Shown one piece after another: positions 22,508 to 30,750 of a stretch of 64,000 nucleotides of DNA. Below the pieces are notes generated by a model that did not search any database, was not told where the DNA came from, and worked only from the letters and a program-made list of their open reading frames with translations. The DNA comes from an uncultured Acidobacteriota bacterium (GTDB taxonomy: Bacteria > Acidobacteriota > Thermoanaerobaculia > Multivoradales > UBA5704). The position numbers and the translations under genes were made by a program. Location: assembly GCA_963700145.1 (NCBI GenBank), contig OY969474.1, positions 2,176,001 through 2,240,000 on the forward strand, in the 5' to 3' direction. Position 1 is the first letter of the stretch. Every line of letters starts with the position of its first letter.

Positions 22508-24145
22508 ATGTCCGAAAGCCGTTCCATCACCGACGATCTGGAGCTCCTCTTGGGGGTGATCCCGCCGGCCATCCGCGGCGGCATCGAGCGCCAGGGGGAG
22601 CTGGGCGAGCTGATCGAGGTCGTCCTCGACCTGGGGCGCCTACCCGAGGCACGCTTCCCCGGCCGGGCGGCGGACGTCGGCTCGGCGCCGGTCTCGCGGC
22701 AGGACATCGAGTACGTCGTCGAGCGGGTGGGGAGCTTCGGCAAGGACAACCGCGCCGGCATCGAGCGCACGCTCCACCGCGTCTCGGCCCTGCGCAACCG
22801 GGTGGGCGACGCGATCGGCCTGACCTGCCGGGTGGGGCGCGCGGTCTACGGCACGGTGGACATCCTGCGCGACGTCATCGAGGCCGGCGACTCGATCCTG
22901 CTGCTCGGTCGCCCGGGGGTGGGCAAGACGACGCTGCTGCGCGAGGCGGCGCGGGTCCTGGCCGACGAGCTGGGCAAGCGCGTCGTCGTCGTCGACACCT
23001 CGAACGAGATCGCCGGCGACGGCGACATCCCTCACCCCGGCATCGGCCGCGCCCGGCGGATGCAGGTGCCCGCTCCCGAGCTCCAGCACGCGGTGATGAT
23101 CGAGGCGGTCGAGAACCACATGCCGGAGGTCATCGTCATCGACGAGATCGGCACCACCGCCGAGGCGCTCGCCGCGCGCACCATCGCCGAGCGCGGCGTG
23201 CAGCTCATCGCCACCGCCCACGGCAACACGCTCGAAAACCTCCTCCAGAACCCCACCCTCTCCGACCTCGTGGGCGGCGTCCAGGCGGTGACCCTGTCGG
23301 ACGAGGAGGCGCGGCGCCGCGGCACGCAGAAGACGGTGCTCGAGCGGCGGGCGCCGCCGACCTTCGAGCGGCTGATCGAGATCCAGGACAAGGACCGGCT
23401 GGCGGTGCACCACGACGTGGCGGAGGTGGTGGACCGCTTCCTGCGCGACATCCCGCCGCGGCCGGAGATCCGGGTGCGCCTGGCGGACGGCGCGGTCGAG
23501 ATCCAGCGGCCGGCGGCGGCGGGCTTCGGCGCGCGCGCGGGGGAGCGGGCGCGGGAGCGGATGCGATCGGCCGCCGGCGGCAACGGCCGCGGGCGGCGGG
23601 AGCGCGCCGAGCCCGCCCCGCGCGTCGAACGGGAGTTGCCGATCGCCCGCCCGGAGCTGCTGCCGGCGCCGCCGCCGCGCCCCCCCGGCAAGACGCCGCG
23701 CATCTACACCTACGCCGTCTCGCGCAGCAAGCTCGAGCGGGCGCTCAAGAAGTACCGCGTCCCGGCGCTCGTCACCCACGACCTCGACGAGGCGGACATG
23801 GTGCTGACTTTGAAGTCGCAGGAGCGGCGGCAGCCGCGCAAGCTCCGCGAGCTGATCGCGAGCGGCGTGGCTCTCCATATCGCCCGCAGCAACACCGTCA
23901 CCCAGCTCGAGAACTTCGTCCGCAACGCCTTCGACGTCGGCGACGTCCTGGCCGACGAGGAGGCGGCGCTGCGCGAGGTCGAGGAGGCGGTCGACGAGGT
24001 CCTGGAGGAGGGCCGCCCGGTCGAGCTCCCCCCGCGCGGCAACCACTTCCGCCGCCTCCAGCACGAAGCCGCCAACCGCCGCGGCCTCTCCTCCGAGAGC
24101 AAGGGCGAAGAGCCCTACCGGCGGGTCGTCATCTACCCCGGCTGA
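22508..24145 (+). CDS. Ycf45/SpoIIIAA-like AAA ATPase with C-terminal R3H domain
   Basis: GRPGVGKTT, VDTSNEIAGDGD, IDEIG, RRLQH...S.S.GEEP.RRV. Confidence 0.9.
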   Translation: MSESRSITDDLELLLGVIPPAIRGGIERQGELGELIEVVLDLGRLPEARFPGRAADVGSAPVSRQDIEYVVERVGSFGKDNRAGIERTLHRVSALRNRVGDAIGLTCRVGRAVYGTVDILRDVIEAGDSILLLGRPGVGKTTLLREAARVLADELGKRVVVVDTSNEIAGDGDIPHPGIGRARRMQVPAPELQHAVMIEAVENHMPEVIVIDEIGTTAEALAARTIAERGVQLIATAHGNTLENLLQNPTLSDLVGGVQAVTLSDEEARRRGTQKTVLERRAPPTFERLIEIQDKDRLAVHHDVAEVVDRFLRDIPPRPEIRVRLADGAVEIQRPAAAGFGARAGERARERMRSAAGGNGRGRRERAEPAPRVERELPIARPELLPAPPPRPPGKTPRIYTYAVSRSKLERALKKYRVPALVTHDLDEADMVLTLKSQERRQPRKLRELIASGVALHIARSNTVTQLENFVRNAFDVGDVLADEEAALREVEEAVDEVLEEGRPVELPPRGNHFRRLQHEAANRRGLSSESKGEEPYRRVVIYPG

Positions 24146-24418
24146 GGGCCGGCTCTTCCCCAGCGCCCGTTACTGCCGCCGCCGCCAGAAATCCGGGCCG
24201 TCTGCGCGGATGGGCGACCGCGAGGATGAGGACCGATTCCGGATCACGCCGGTAGACGAGCGAGTAAGGGAACCGCTGCACCAGCATCCGTCGACGTTCA
24301 ATCCGACCGGTGAGCCGGCGTCGGGATGCTCGCGAATGAGATTGTGGTTCGAGTGACTTCGGCGGCGAAGGATTTGCCGAGGCCCACGACGCGGGATTCG
24401 TGAACGAGGCCGCTTCGG

Positions 24419-25875
24419 GGGGATGCCCCGTTCCCTGTTGAAAGCCGAAAGAGGGAAAGCGGCTCGGTTGATCATGCCACGGCCTTGGTGTTCGTCGGTT
24501 CCTCGATCGCCGCGAGCGCGAGCTCGAGAGCCCCGAGGTGCCGATGTCCCTTGACACGCCGGAAGCCAGCCTCCGCGTCACACAGCGCCAGGGCGACCCA
24601 GCGCAGCACCATGTCGCCGCCGCGCCAGCGCTTGACGTTGCGCGTCGTCGTACGGATCGAGCCGATCGTGTTCTCGATCGCGTTGGTCGAGGCGAGCAAC
24701 CGGCGCAGAGCGTCGGGCAGCTTCAGCCGCAAGGCGGTGAGGGTCTCGTCGAGGCCCTCGCGCAGGCTGCCCGCGGCGCCCGCGTGGCCTGCGTGCTCGA
24801 GCCAGCGGGCAAGCTGCTCGAGGCGACGCTTGGCGAGGTCGAAGCGAGCGCTCTGGTAGGCCTCGACCATCAGGCGGTCGACCCGGGCTTGGAGCTGCTT
24901 GGGCAGGTGGTCGCGGACGTTGCGGCGCTTGTGGAGCTGGCAGCGCTGGACGTGGGTTGCGTCCCCGAAGACGGCGCGCACGGCCTTGCGCAGCCCCTTG
25001 CCGCCGTCGAGCACCGCCAAGAAGCGCGGCGGCATCGCGAGGCCTCGCTCCAACAGCTCCTGGAGCAGGCCGGTACAGAGCGCCGCGTTCTCCGTCGCGC
25101 CTTCACGCAGGCCGAGCACCCGCTTGGTCCCGTCGCGCGCGATGCCGAGTGCCACCACCAGGGTGTGGCCGGCCACCTCCAGCCCGTCGATCATCAGGAT
25201 CAGGGGCTGGAAGTCCGACAGGTCTCGGCGCAGCCACGCGTCCAGCAGACGACGCGTCCCCGCCACCAGCCGGCGCTGGACCGCACTCTTGCTCGTCGCG
25301 CGCTCCGGCACCGACTCTGCGAGCGGCTCCAAGCTCCGACCGTAGCGGCGCTACGAGACGCCGACCAGCGCCTGCTCGATCACCCGCTCCGTGAAGGGAT
25401 CTTCGTCCTGAAAGGCGCGCACCGAAGGCAAGCTCATCTCGCCACCGTCGCGTCGCCGGACGCGCGGTCGCGGCAGCGCCACCTGGCGGCCACCCAGCAC
25501 GAACTCGCTCGCCGTCGAGCCCCAGCGGTACGCCTCGCGGGTCGGATTGCGCCGACGCTTCGGACCGACGACGGCCTCGACCTCGTCCGCGAGCTGCCGC
25601 CCCAGGGCCTCGACGCCCGCGGCGTGAAACAGCTCCAGCAGCCCCTGGCGGCTGGCCTCGATGCCCTCGACCATCGGCCGCAGCAGCGCTTGTAGCCCGT
25701 GGCTGATGCGCGCCGCACGGCCCCCTTGCCACACCACCCGCCTTTCTGCTCTCGTCTTCATCACGGCTCCTTGGCCCCCTGGCGGGGCCGGTTATTCGAC
25801 CAACCCGATTCTCGATCAGGTGGGCCGAGGAGCCGCCTTCACCTCATTGCTTTCAACAGCGGGAGGGACAACCCC
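24419..25875 (-). mobile_element. IS256-family insertion sequence, 1457 bp
   Basis: Imperfect TIRs GGGGATGCCCCGTTCCCTGTTGAAAGC and GGGGTTGTCCCTCCCGCTGTTGAAAGC; 9-bp target duplication CCGCTTCGG at 24410-24418 and 25876-25884. Confidence 0.92.
24472..25764 (-). pseudogene. IS256 DDE transposase with one in-frame TAG (25351-25353)
   Basis: Two ORFs in the same frame; IDG, DGGKGL, QRCQLHK.RN and STNAIE motifs; GVS*RRY at the junction. Confidence 0.88.
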
Positions 25876-25922
25876 CCGCTTCGGCGAGCTCGGCCTCCGC
25901 CTCGGGATGGAACGAGTAGGGA

Positions 25923-26140
25923 TCACCCGAGGCGGCGGCGCAGCTGCTCGATGACCTCGTCCCCGGGGATGAGCTGGACCTCTCCGCGCTCGATCTCAGC
26001 GGCCCGCCGTTCGATCTCGAGCCGCCACGCCGGCATCGGCCGGGCCGTCGAGCGATTCGATCAACGCGAGCGCCAGCGCTGCGCGCTCGGTGTCGGAGAG
26101 CTTAGAGGCTCTCTACTTGACTCGCTGGAGTCTATGTCTA
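25923..26140 (-). pseudogene. Addiction-module antitoxin, degraded (5' end approximate)
   Basis: LSDTERAALALALIESLD and AWRLEIERRAAEIERGEVQLIPGDEV in different frames; stop overlaps the toxin GTG. Confidence 0.75.
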
Positions 26141-26146
26141 TCAGCG

Positions 26147-26722
26147 CTACGGCACCCGCTCGACTGCTCGCGGAAGAACTTCCCAGGCGGCGACAAGCAG
26201 CTGTTGATGTACCGGGTGACATAGACCCCGGCGACGGACTTCTACTCGCGGACCCAACCTGAGACCGATTACTTCGCGTGCAATGACTTCGAAGGCCTTG
26301 AGAAGTGGCGTCAAGCTGATCTGTGGAGGCACATGCTCATAACCGATAACCACTGCTGCCTTCCGCTCGACTCCGTCTAGCTCCTCGAGCTTCAGACAAT
26401 CACCGATCACGCTCACATTCCCCCCGTATGGGTGGAGCAGGTTGACCGACCAGTTCTCGGCCTCCTTGCCGTTATCACCGAAGGGGCGAGCAACTTTGAA
26501 TTCAAAAGCCCACTGACCCGGCAACAACATGTCCGGCTTCCTCTTGGTTCTAATCGCACCAGCGTATGCAGAAAGGGTATTGAGGTGATCGGCCACGGCA
26601 TGAAGGAGCTGTGGCTCCCCGTACGGACCTACGCCAGGTTGAAAATGCTTGAAGGCGACGCCGCAGGCATCCACCGCGACCAGCGCCTCGGCGACATCGT
26701 CCACAACTTGCTCGAGCTCCAT
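26147..26722 (-). CDS. Hypothetical protein, PD-(D/E)XK nuclease-like
   Basis: KPDMLLPGQWAFEFK motif; visibly lower GC than the backbone. Confidence 0.6.
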   Translation of the reverse strand: MELEQVVDDVAEALVAVDACGVAFKHFQPGVGPYGEPQLLHAVADHLNTLSAYAGAIRTKRKPDMLLPGQWAFEFKVARPFGDNGKEAENWSVNLLHPYGGNVSVIGDCLKLEELDGVERKAAVVIGYEHVPPQISLTPLLKAFEVIAREVIGLRLGPRVEVRRRGLCHPVHQQLLVAAWEVLPRAVERVP

Positions 26723-26761
26723 TTGTTATCTCTCAAGAAGAGCCATGCCGCCCTGCTGCGA

Positions 26762-26966
26762 TTACACTCCTGCTGCGTCCTCCACTTCCTGCTGCGGCGG
26801 CACCGGGAACTTTTCACTGACGCCGCCTTTTTCGACGTCGGTCTGCACCGCTGCGTTGGCTGCGTAGAGCTCCAGCTCCTGGCGGAACTCGGTCGAGTAG
26901 ATGTCGAGGACGGCGAGGAAGAGAGCGGCGATGACTGGGCCGACGATGAAGCCGATGGGGCCGAAG
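26762..26966 (-). pseudogene. Diverged duplicate of the AI-2E transporter 3' end
   Basis: FGPIGFIVGPVIAALFLAVLDIYSTEFRQELEL...VEKGGVS..PVPPQQE matches the C-terminus of 27549-28718. Confidence 0.9.
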
Positions 26967-26977
26967 TCGGCCACGTC

Positions 26978-27202
26978 TCAGGCGCGGGCGGTTTCCGGTG
27001 CGTAGCGCAAGACCATGAGTTGGTCGGGACGGAGCCCGAGCGAAGCGTAGGTTCGCCCGTCCCGATCCGAGAACTCGACCTCGACCGCGGCGCCGCCGGC
27101 GAGGATGTCGACGACAGTGCCTACCTGGCCCCGCCGGAGATGCGCCTCGGGCAGGTCGACAGCCAAAGCGACGACTTCCAGAAGCTGGATTGGATCTTCC
27201 AT
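26978..27202 (-). CDS. DUF4926-family protein (putative antitoxin/immunity partner)
   Basis: LEVVALAVDLPEAHLRRGQVGTVV...EVEFSDRDGRTYA. Confidence 0.85.
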   Translation of the reverse strand: MEDPIQLLEVVALAVDLPEAHLRRGQVGTVVDILAGGAAVEVEFSDRDGRTYASLGLRPDQLMVLRYAPETARA

Positions 27203-27219
27203 CCGGGATGTCTCTGCGC

Positions 27220-27552
27220 TCATAGCACGTAGCAGCTGGTCAGTCGTGGAACATTCGAGCCGTGCTCCAGGATCCAACCGCTGCGAATTATCGCATGCCT
27301 TTCGCGCCACTCGATGGACACGTCGAGCGTGAAGCGCTGCCCGTAGCGATCTCGGTATCCAAGCTCGACGTCAGTGGTATGGACGGCTTTCAGGAGAAAG
27401 CCGCGCAAGGCCTCGGCATCATCCGCGGTCATTCCCAGAGCGGACGCAAAGACCCGCGCCTTGTGCTTGCCCTCCGGATGCAGTGGATCGAGGCAGTACT
27501 CGCGGAGCTTGCGCAAGTCCACTTCAGCGCGTTCCGCATAGGGAAGCCTCAT
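27220..27552 (-). CDS. DUF6883-like protein (putative toxin)
   Basis: KLREYCLDPLHPEGKHKARVF..ALG, DRYG.RF, W...PRLTSCYV; ATG overlaps the AI-2E stop. Confidence 0.75.
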   Translation of the reverse strand: MRLPYAERAEVDLRKLREYCLDPLHPEGKHKARVFASALGMTADDAEALRGFLLKAVHTTDVELGYRDRYGQRFTLDVSIEWRERHAIIRSGWILEHGSNVPRLTSCYVL

Positions 27553-28718
27553 CCAGTGGTTGCGCCGCCCGTCACGTCCTCGATCTCCTGCTGCGGCGGC
27601 ACCGGCGAGCGCTGGCTGACGCCGCCTTTCTCGACCGCCTTCTGCACCGCCGGGTCGGCGGTGAAGAGCTCCAGCTCCTGGCGGAACTCGGTCGAGTAGA
27701 TGTCGAGGACGGCGAGGAAGAGGGCGGCGATGACCGGGCCGACGATGAAGCCCATGGGGCCGAAGGTGGCGATGCCGCCTAGGGTCGAGAAGAAGACCAT
27801 CAGGTCGTGCATGCCCGACTCCTGCCCCACCAGGCGCGGGCGGATCAGGTTGTCGAGCTGGCTCACCACCGCGACCGAGACGATCAGGATGCCGATGCCG
27901 CGGCCGACGTTGCCGCTGAGGATCTGGATCAGCCCCGCCGGCACCAGCACCACCCAGGCGCCGGCCATCGGGATGATGGCGAAGATCACCGCCACCACCG
28001 CCCAGAGGATCGCCGAGCCGACGCCGAAGGCCCAGAGGGTGATGCCGGTGGCGACCCCCTGGATCAGCGCGATCACCAGCGTCCCCCGGATCGTCGCCCG
28101 CGCCACCGACCTGAAGCGGGCGATGATCGCGTTCTCGTAGGGCTCCGACAGCGGGATCAGGTACTTCACGCGCTCGACCAGCCGCGGGCCGTCGCGGAAG
28201 AAGTAGAACATCGTGAACATCGTCGTGAAGAGGACGAGCAGGATGTGGAAGGTGCTGCGGTAGGTGCCGCGGATCACCACCGCCAGGAAGCCGCCGGCGT
28301 TCTGCGCCGCCTGACGCGCGGTCGCCATCCAGTCCACCTCGTCGAGCCCGAGGCGCCGCGCCCAGGGCTGGCGGAGGATGCGGTTGGGGATGCTGTCCGG
28401 CCCCGCCTCGAGCGCTACGCGCACCTCCTCTTCGATCGAGCGGTAGAAGTCGATCGCCTCGCGGGTGACGAGGTTGGCCACCAGGTAGATCGGGAGGATC
28501 AGCAGCCCCAGCAGCAGGAAGCAGCAGAGCAGCGAGGCGAAGCCGCGACGCCCGCGCAGGAGCTGCACGAGACGCGAGTAGAAGGGGTAGAAGAGGCTGG
28601 CAAAGACCGCCGCCAGCAGCACCGGTAGCGCGAAGAGCCGCACCATGTAGAAGAAGACGACCACCGTCAGCACCAGGGCGGCGATGAAGAAGGAGCGGCT
28701 CAGCTTGCGTTGGGGCAC
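27549..28718 (-). CDS. AI-2E family transporter
   Basis: Multi-TM protein; FYFFRDG, DNLIRPRLVG, GFIVGPVI. Confidence 0.92.
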   Translation of the reverse strand: MPQRKLSRSFFIAALVLTVVVFFYMVRLFALPVLLAAVFASLFYPFYSRLVQLLRGRRGFASLLCCFLLLGLLILPIYLVANLVTREAIDFYRSIEEEVRVALEAGPDSIPNRILRQPWARRLGLDEVDWMATARQAAQNAGGFLAVVIRGTYRSTFHILLVLFTTMFTMFYFFRDGPRLVERVKYLIPLSEPYENAIIARFRSVARATIRGTLVIALIQGVATGITLWAFGVGSAILWAVVAVIFAIIPMAGAWVVLVPAGLIQILSGNVGRGIGILIVSVAVVSQLDNLIRPRLVGQESGMHDLMVFFSTLGGIATFGPMGFIVGPVIAALFLAVLDIYSTEFRQELELFTADPAVQKAVEKGGVSQRSPVPPQQEIEDVTGGATTG

Positions 28719-28793
28719 GGCACCATTGTGGCACGTCCGCCGCGGGGGAGCGGGCGAAAATGGCCCGTGGCTTGCACCGGGCCAGAGGCCGAC

Positions 28794-29516
28794 ATGCGCC
28801 CCGCATGGCCGCTTCTCGTCCTGCTCAGTGTCACGATGCCCTCCTTGGCGGCGGGGACGGCGCCCGCCGCGGCAGAGACGGACGCGCCGGCCGAGCCGCT
28901 CGCCGTCCAGGTGCTGCTCGACCGCGCCGGCTTCTCGCCCGGCGTCGTGGACGGGGAGTGGGGCGGCAACAGCGTCAAGGCGCTCGCCGCCTTCCAGGAG
29001 GCGCACGGCCTCGCGGTGTCGCGCCGGCTCGACGAGGAGACGCGCGAGAACCTCGCCGCCGCCGCCGGCACCGAGCGCCACCTGGCGAGGTACGAGGTCG
29101 CCGCCGAGGACCTCGACGGCGGCTGGCAGCGCCTGGCCGAGACGTTCCACACGACACCCGATTTCCTCCGGCGGCTCAACCCCGGCCTCGAGCCGGCGCC
29201 CGGCGTCGAGCTGCAGGTGCCGAACGTGCGGCCGGCAGGCGGCGCGGCGGGCGGCGGCAGCGGCAGGGTACAGGTCGTCGTGGCGCAAGGGGACGGCACC
29301 CTCGTCGTCGAGAACGGCTCGGACGTCCTGTTCTTCGCTCCGCTCGCGGCCGGCGGACGGCGCGGGCCGCCACCGCCCGGCGCGGGGAAGGTGCGCGCGG
29401 TCGAGGCAGGAGCGGTCTGCACCGAGTCTCACGGCTGCGTGCGCTTGACCAACTGGGACGCGCGGCGCGTGGCCGAGCTGGTGCGGCCGGGGACGCGCGT
29501 CGTCTTCCAACCGTGA
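28794..29516 (+). CDS. Peptidoglycan-binding protein with a shortened L,D-transpeptidase-like domain
   Basis: QVLLDRAGFSPGVVDG..G, LysM-like LAETFHTTPDFLRRLNP, ESHGCVRLTNWD. Confidence 0.75.
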   Translation: MRPAWPLLVLLSVTMPSLAAGTAPAAAETDAPAEPLAVQVLLDRAGFSPGVVDGEWGGNSVKALAAFQEAHGLAVSRRLDEETRENLAAAAGTERHLARYEVAAEDLDGGWQRLAETFHTTPDFLRRLNPGLEPAPGVELQVPNVRPAGGAAGGGSGRVQVVVAQGDGTLVVENGSDVLFFAPLAAGGRRGPPPPGAGKVRAVEAGAVCTESHGCVRLTNWDARRVAELVRPGTRVVFQP

Positions 29517-30196
29517 GCGACGAGAAGCCGCGGAGCGGCTGTGGCCTGGCGGCTGCCGGGCTGGGCGGGTTCGTGCTCGGCGCCCTGTCGGTGTTGCTGG
29601 TCGTCTGGGCGACGCTGCGGGAGCCGGCGCGCGACGCGGCGCCGGAGACCGCCCCGCCGGCGACCGCCGCCCCCGCCGCGCCCGCGGCCCCGAAGACGCA
29701 GGGCGCGATGCCGCCGCTCGCCGGCCACCACGGTCCCGAGCCCGTGTCGGTGCCGCCCCCGACCGAGCTGACGCAGCGGGACCTCCTGCTGCCGGTCCAG
29801 GGCGTCGAGCGCGAGGCCCTCAGCGACAACTTCCACGACCTGCGCGGCGACCGCACGCACGAGGCGCTCGACATCATGGCGCCGCGCGGCACGCCGGTCC
29901 TGGCGGTCGACGACGGCAAGATCGCCAAGATCTTCAACAGCGAGCGCGGCGGGCTGACGGTCTACCAGTTCGACCCCGCCGGCACCTACACCTACTACTA
30001 CGCCCACCTCGACCGCTACGCGCCGGGCCTGAAGGAAGGCGCCGCGGTGCGCCGCGGCCAGGTCCTCGGCTACGTCGGCTCGACCGGCAATGCCGGCGAA
30101 GACAGCCCGCACCTCCACTTCGCCATCTTCCGCATGGGCCCCGAGAAGCGCTGGTGGGAGGGGACGCCGATCAACCCCTTCCCGCTGTTCCGGTGA
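29513..30196 (+). CDS. M23 family metallopeptidase
   Basis: HEALD, YAHL, VGSTGNA, PHLHF. Confidence 0.92.
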   Translation: MSDEKPRSGCGLAAAGLGGFVLGALSVLLVVWATLREPARDAAPETAPPATAAPAAPAAPKTQGAMPPLAGHHGPEPVSVPPPTELTQRDLLLPVQGVEREALSDNFHDLRGDRTHEALDIMAPRGTPVLAVDDGKIAKIFNSERGGLTVYQFDPAGTYTYYYAHLDRYAPGLKEGAAVRRGQVLGYVGSTGNAGEDSPHLHFAIFRMGPEKRWWEGTPINPFPLFR

Positions 30197-30227
30197 GGTG
30201 CTACCCTCGAACGAGGAGCTTCAAACC

Positions 30228-30461
30228 GTGGCCAAGACCATCACCGCCCTCTTCGACGGCGAGAACCTCAAACCCTCGGACCCGGTGGACCTCGAAGCGG
30301 ACCGCTCCTACCGAGTGACCATCGAGGAGCTGACGCCCGAGCCGCGAGCCGGCGATGCCTGGAGCGAGCTGACCGCGCTCGCCGGGACGGTCGAGGCGCC
30401 GCCCGATTGGGCCGCACAGCACGATCATTACCTCTACGGATCGCCGAAGCGCACCTCCTAG
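30228..30461 (+). CDS. AF2212/DUF104-like antitoxin
   Basis: TITALFDGENLKP..PVDL and DWAAQHDHYLYG; lies upstream of a PIN gene. Confidence 0.75.
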   Translation: MAKTITALFDGENLKPSDPVDLEADRSYRVTIEELTPEPRAGDAWSELTALAGTVEAPPDWAAQHDHYLYGSPKRTS

Positions 30462-30467
30462 GTGGAG

Positions 30468-30736
30468 ATGGCCAGGGACCGCCTGCTTCTCGACACCGTC
30501 TACGTCCAGGCCCTTCTCAACCGCAACGCTACCGCACGCCGAACATCCGGACGGTCAGCGTGGACACGGCGCTGCTGAGGAAGGCCCTCGAGCTCTACCG
30601 GAGCCGCGACGACAAGGAATGGGGGCTGACCGACTGCATCTCGATGGTCGTGATGCAGGAGCAAGGGCTCGTCGAGGTCGTCACCGCGGACCGCCACTTC
30701 AAGCAGGCCGGCTTTCGCGCCTCGCTCCTCGACTGA
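30468..30736 (+). pseudogene. VapC/PIN toxin with an internal deletion and frameshift
   Basis: MARDRLLLDTVYVQALLNRN joined out of frame to DKEWGLTDCISMVVM...TADRHFKQAGF; 269 bp is not a multiple of 3. Confidence 0.8.
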
Positions 30737-30750
30737 CCGTCGGGCACGGC

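Larger units (their letters stand above)
24170..25926 (-). pseudogene. RelE/ParE-family toxin, frameshifted and split by the IS256 (pieces 25876-25926 and 24170-24418)
   Basis: YSFHPEAEAELAEA on one side of the IS; YESRVVGLGKSF, RFPYSLVY and ILAVAHPRRRPG on the other, in shifting frames. Confidence 0.8.

Noticed and set aside
25351-25353. Pyrrolysine or recoded TAG in the transposase
   Set aside because: TAG is a normal stop for several genes here and no pyl genes are visible; a point mutation is simpler.
24170-27552. Integron cassette array
   Set aside because: Genes are small and co-oriented, but no integrase or repeated attC structure was found.
26762-27763. DGR template/variable repeat pair (also considered for the sigma duplicate)
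   Set aside because: Differences are not adenine-specific and no reverse transcriptase is present.
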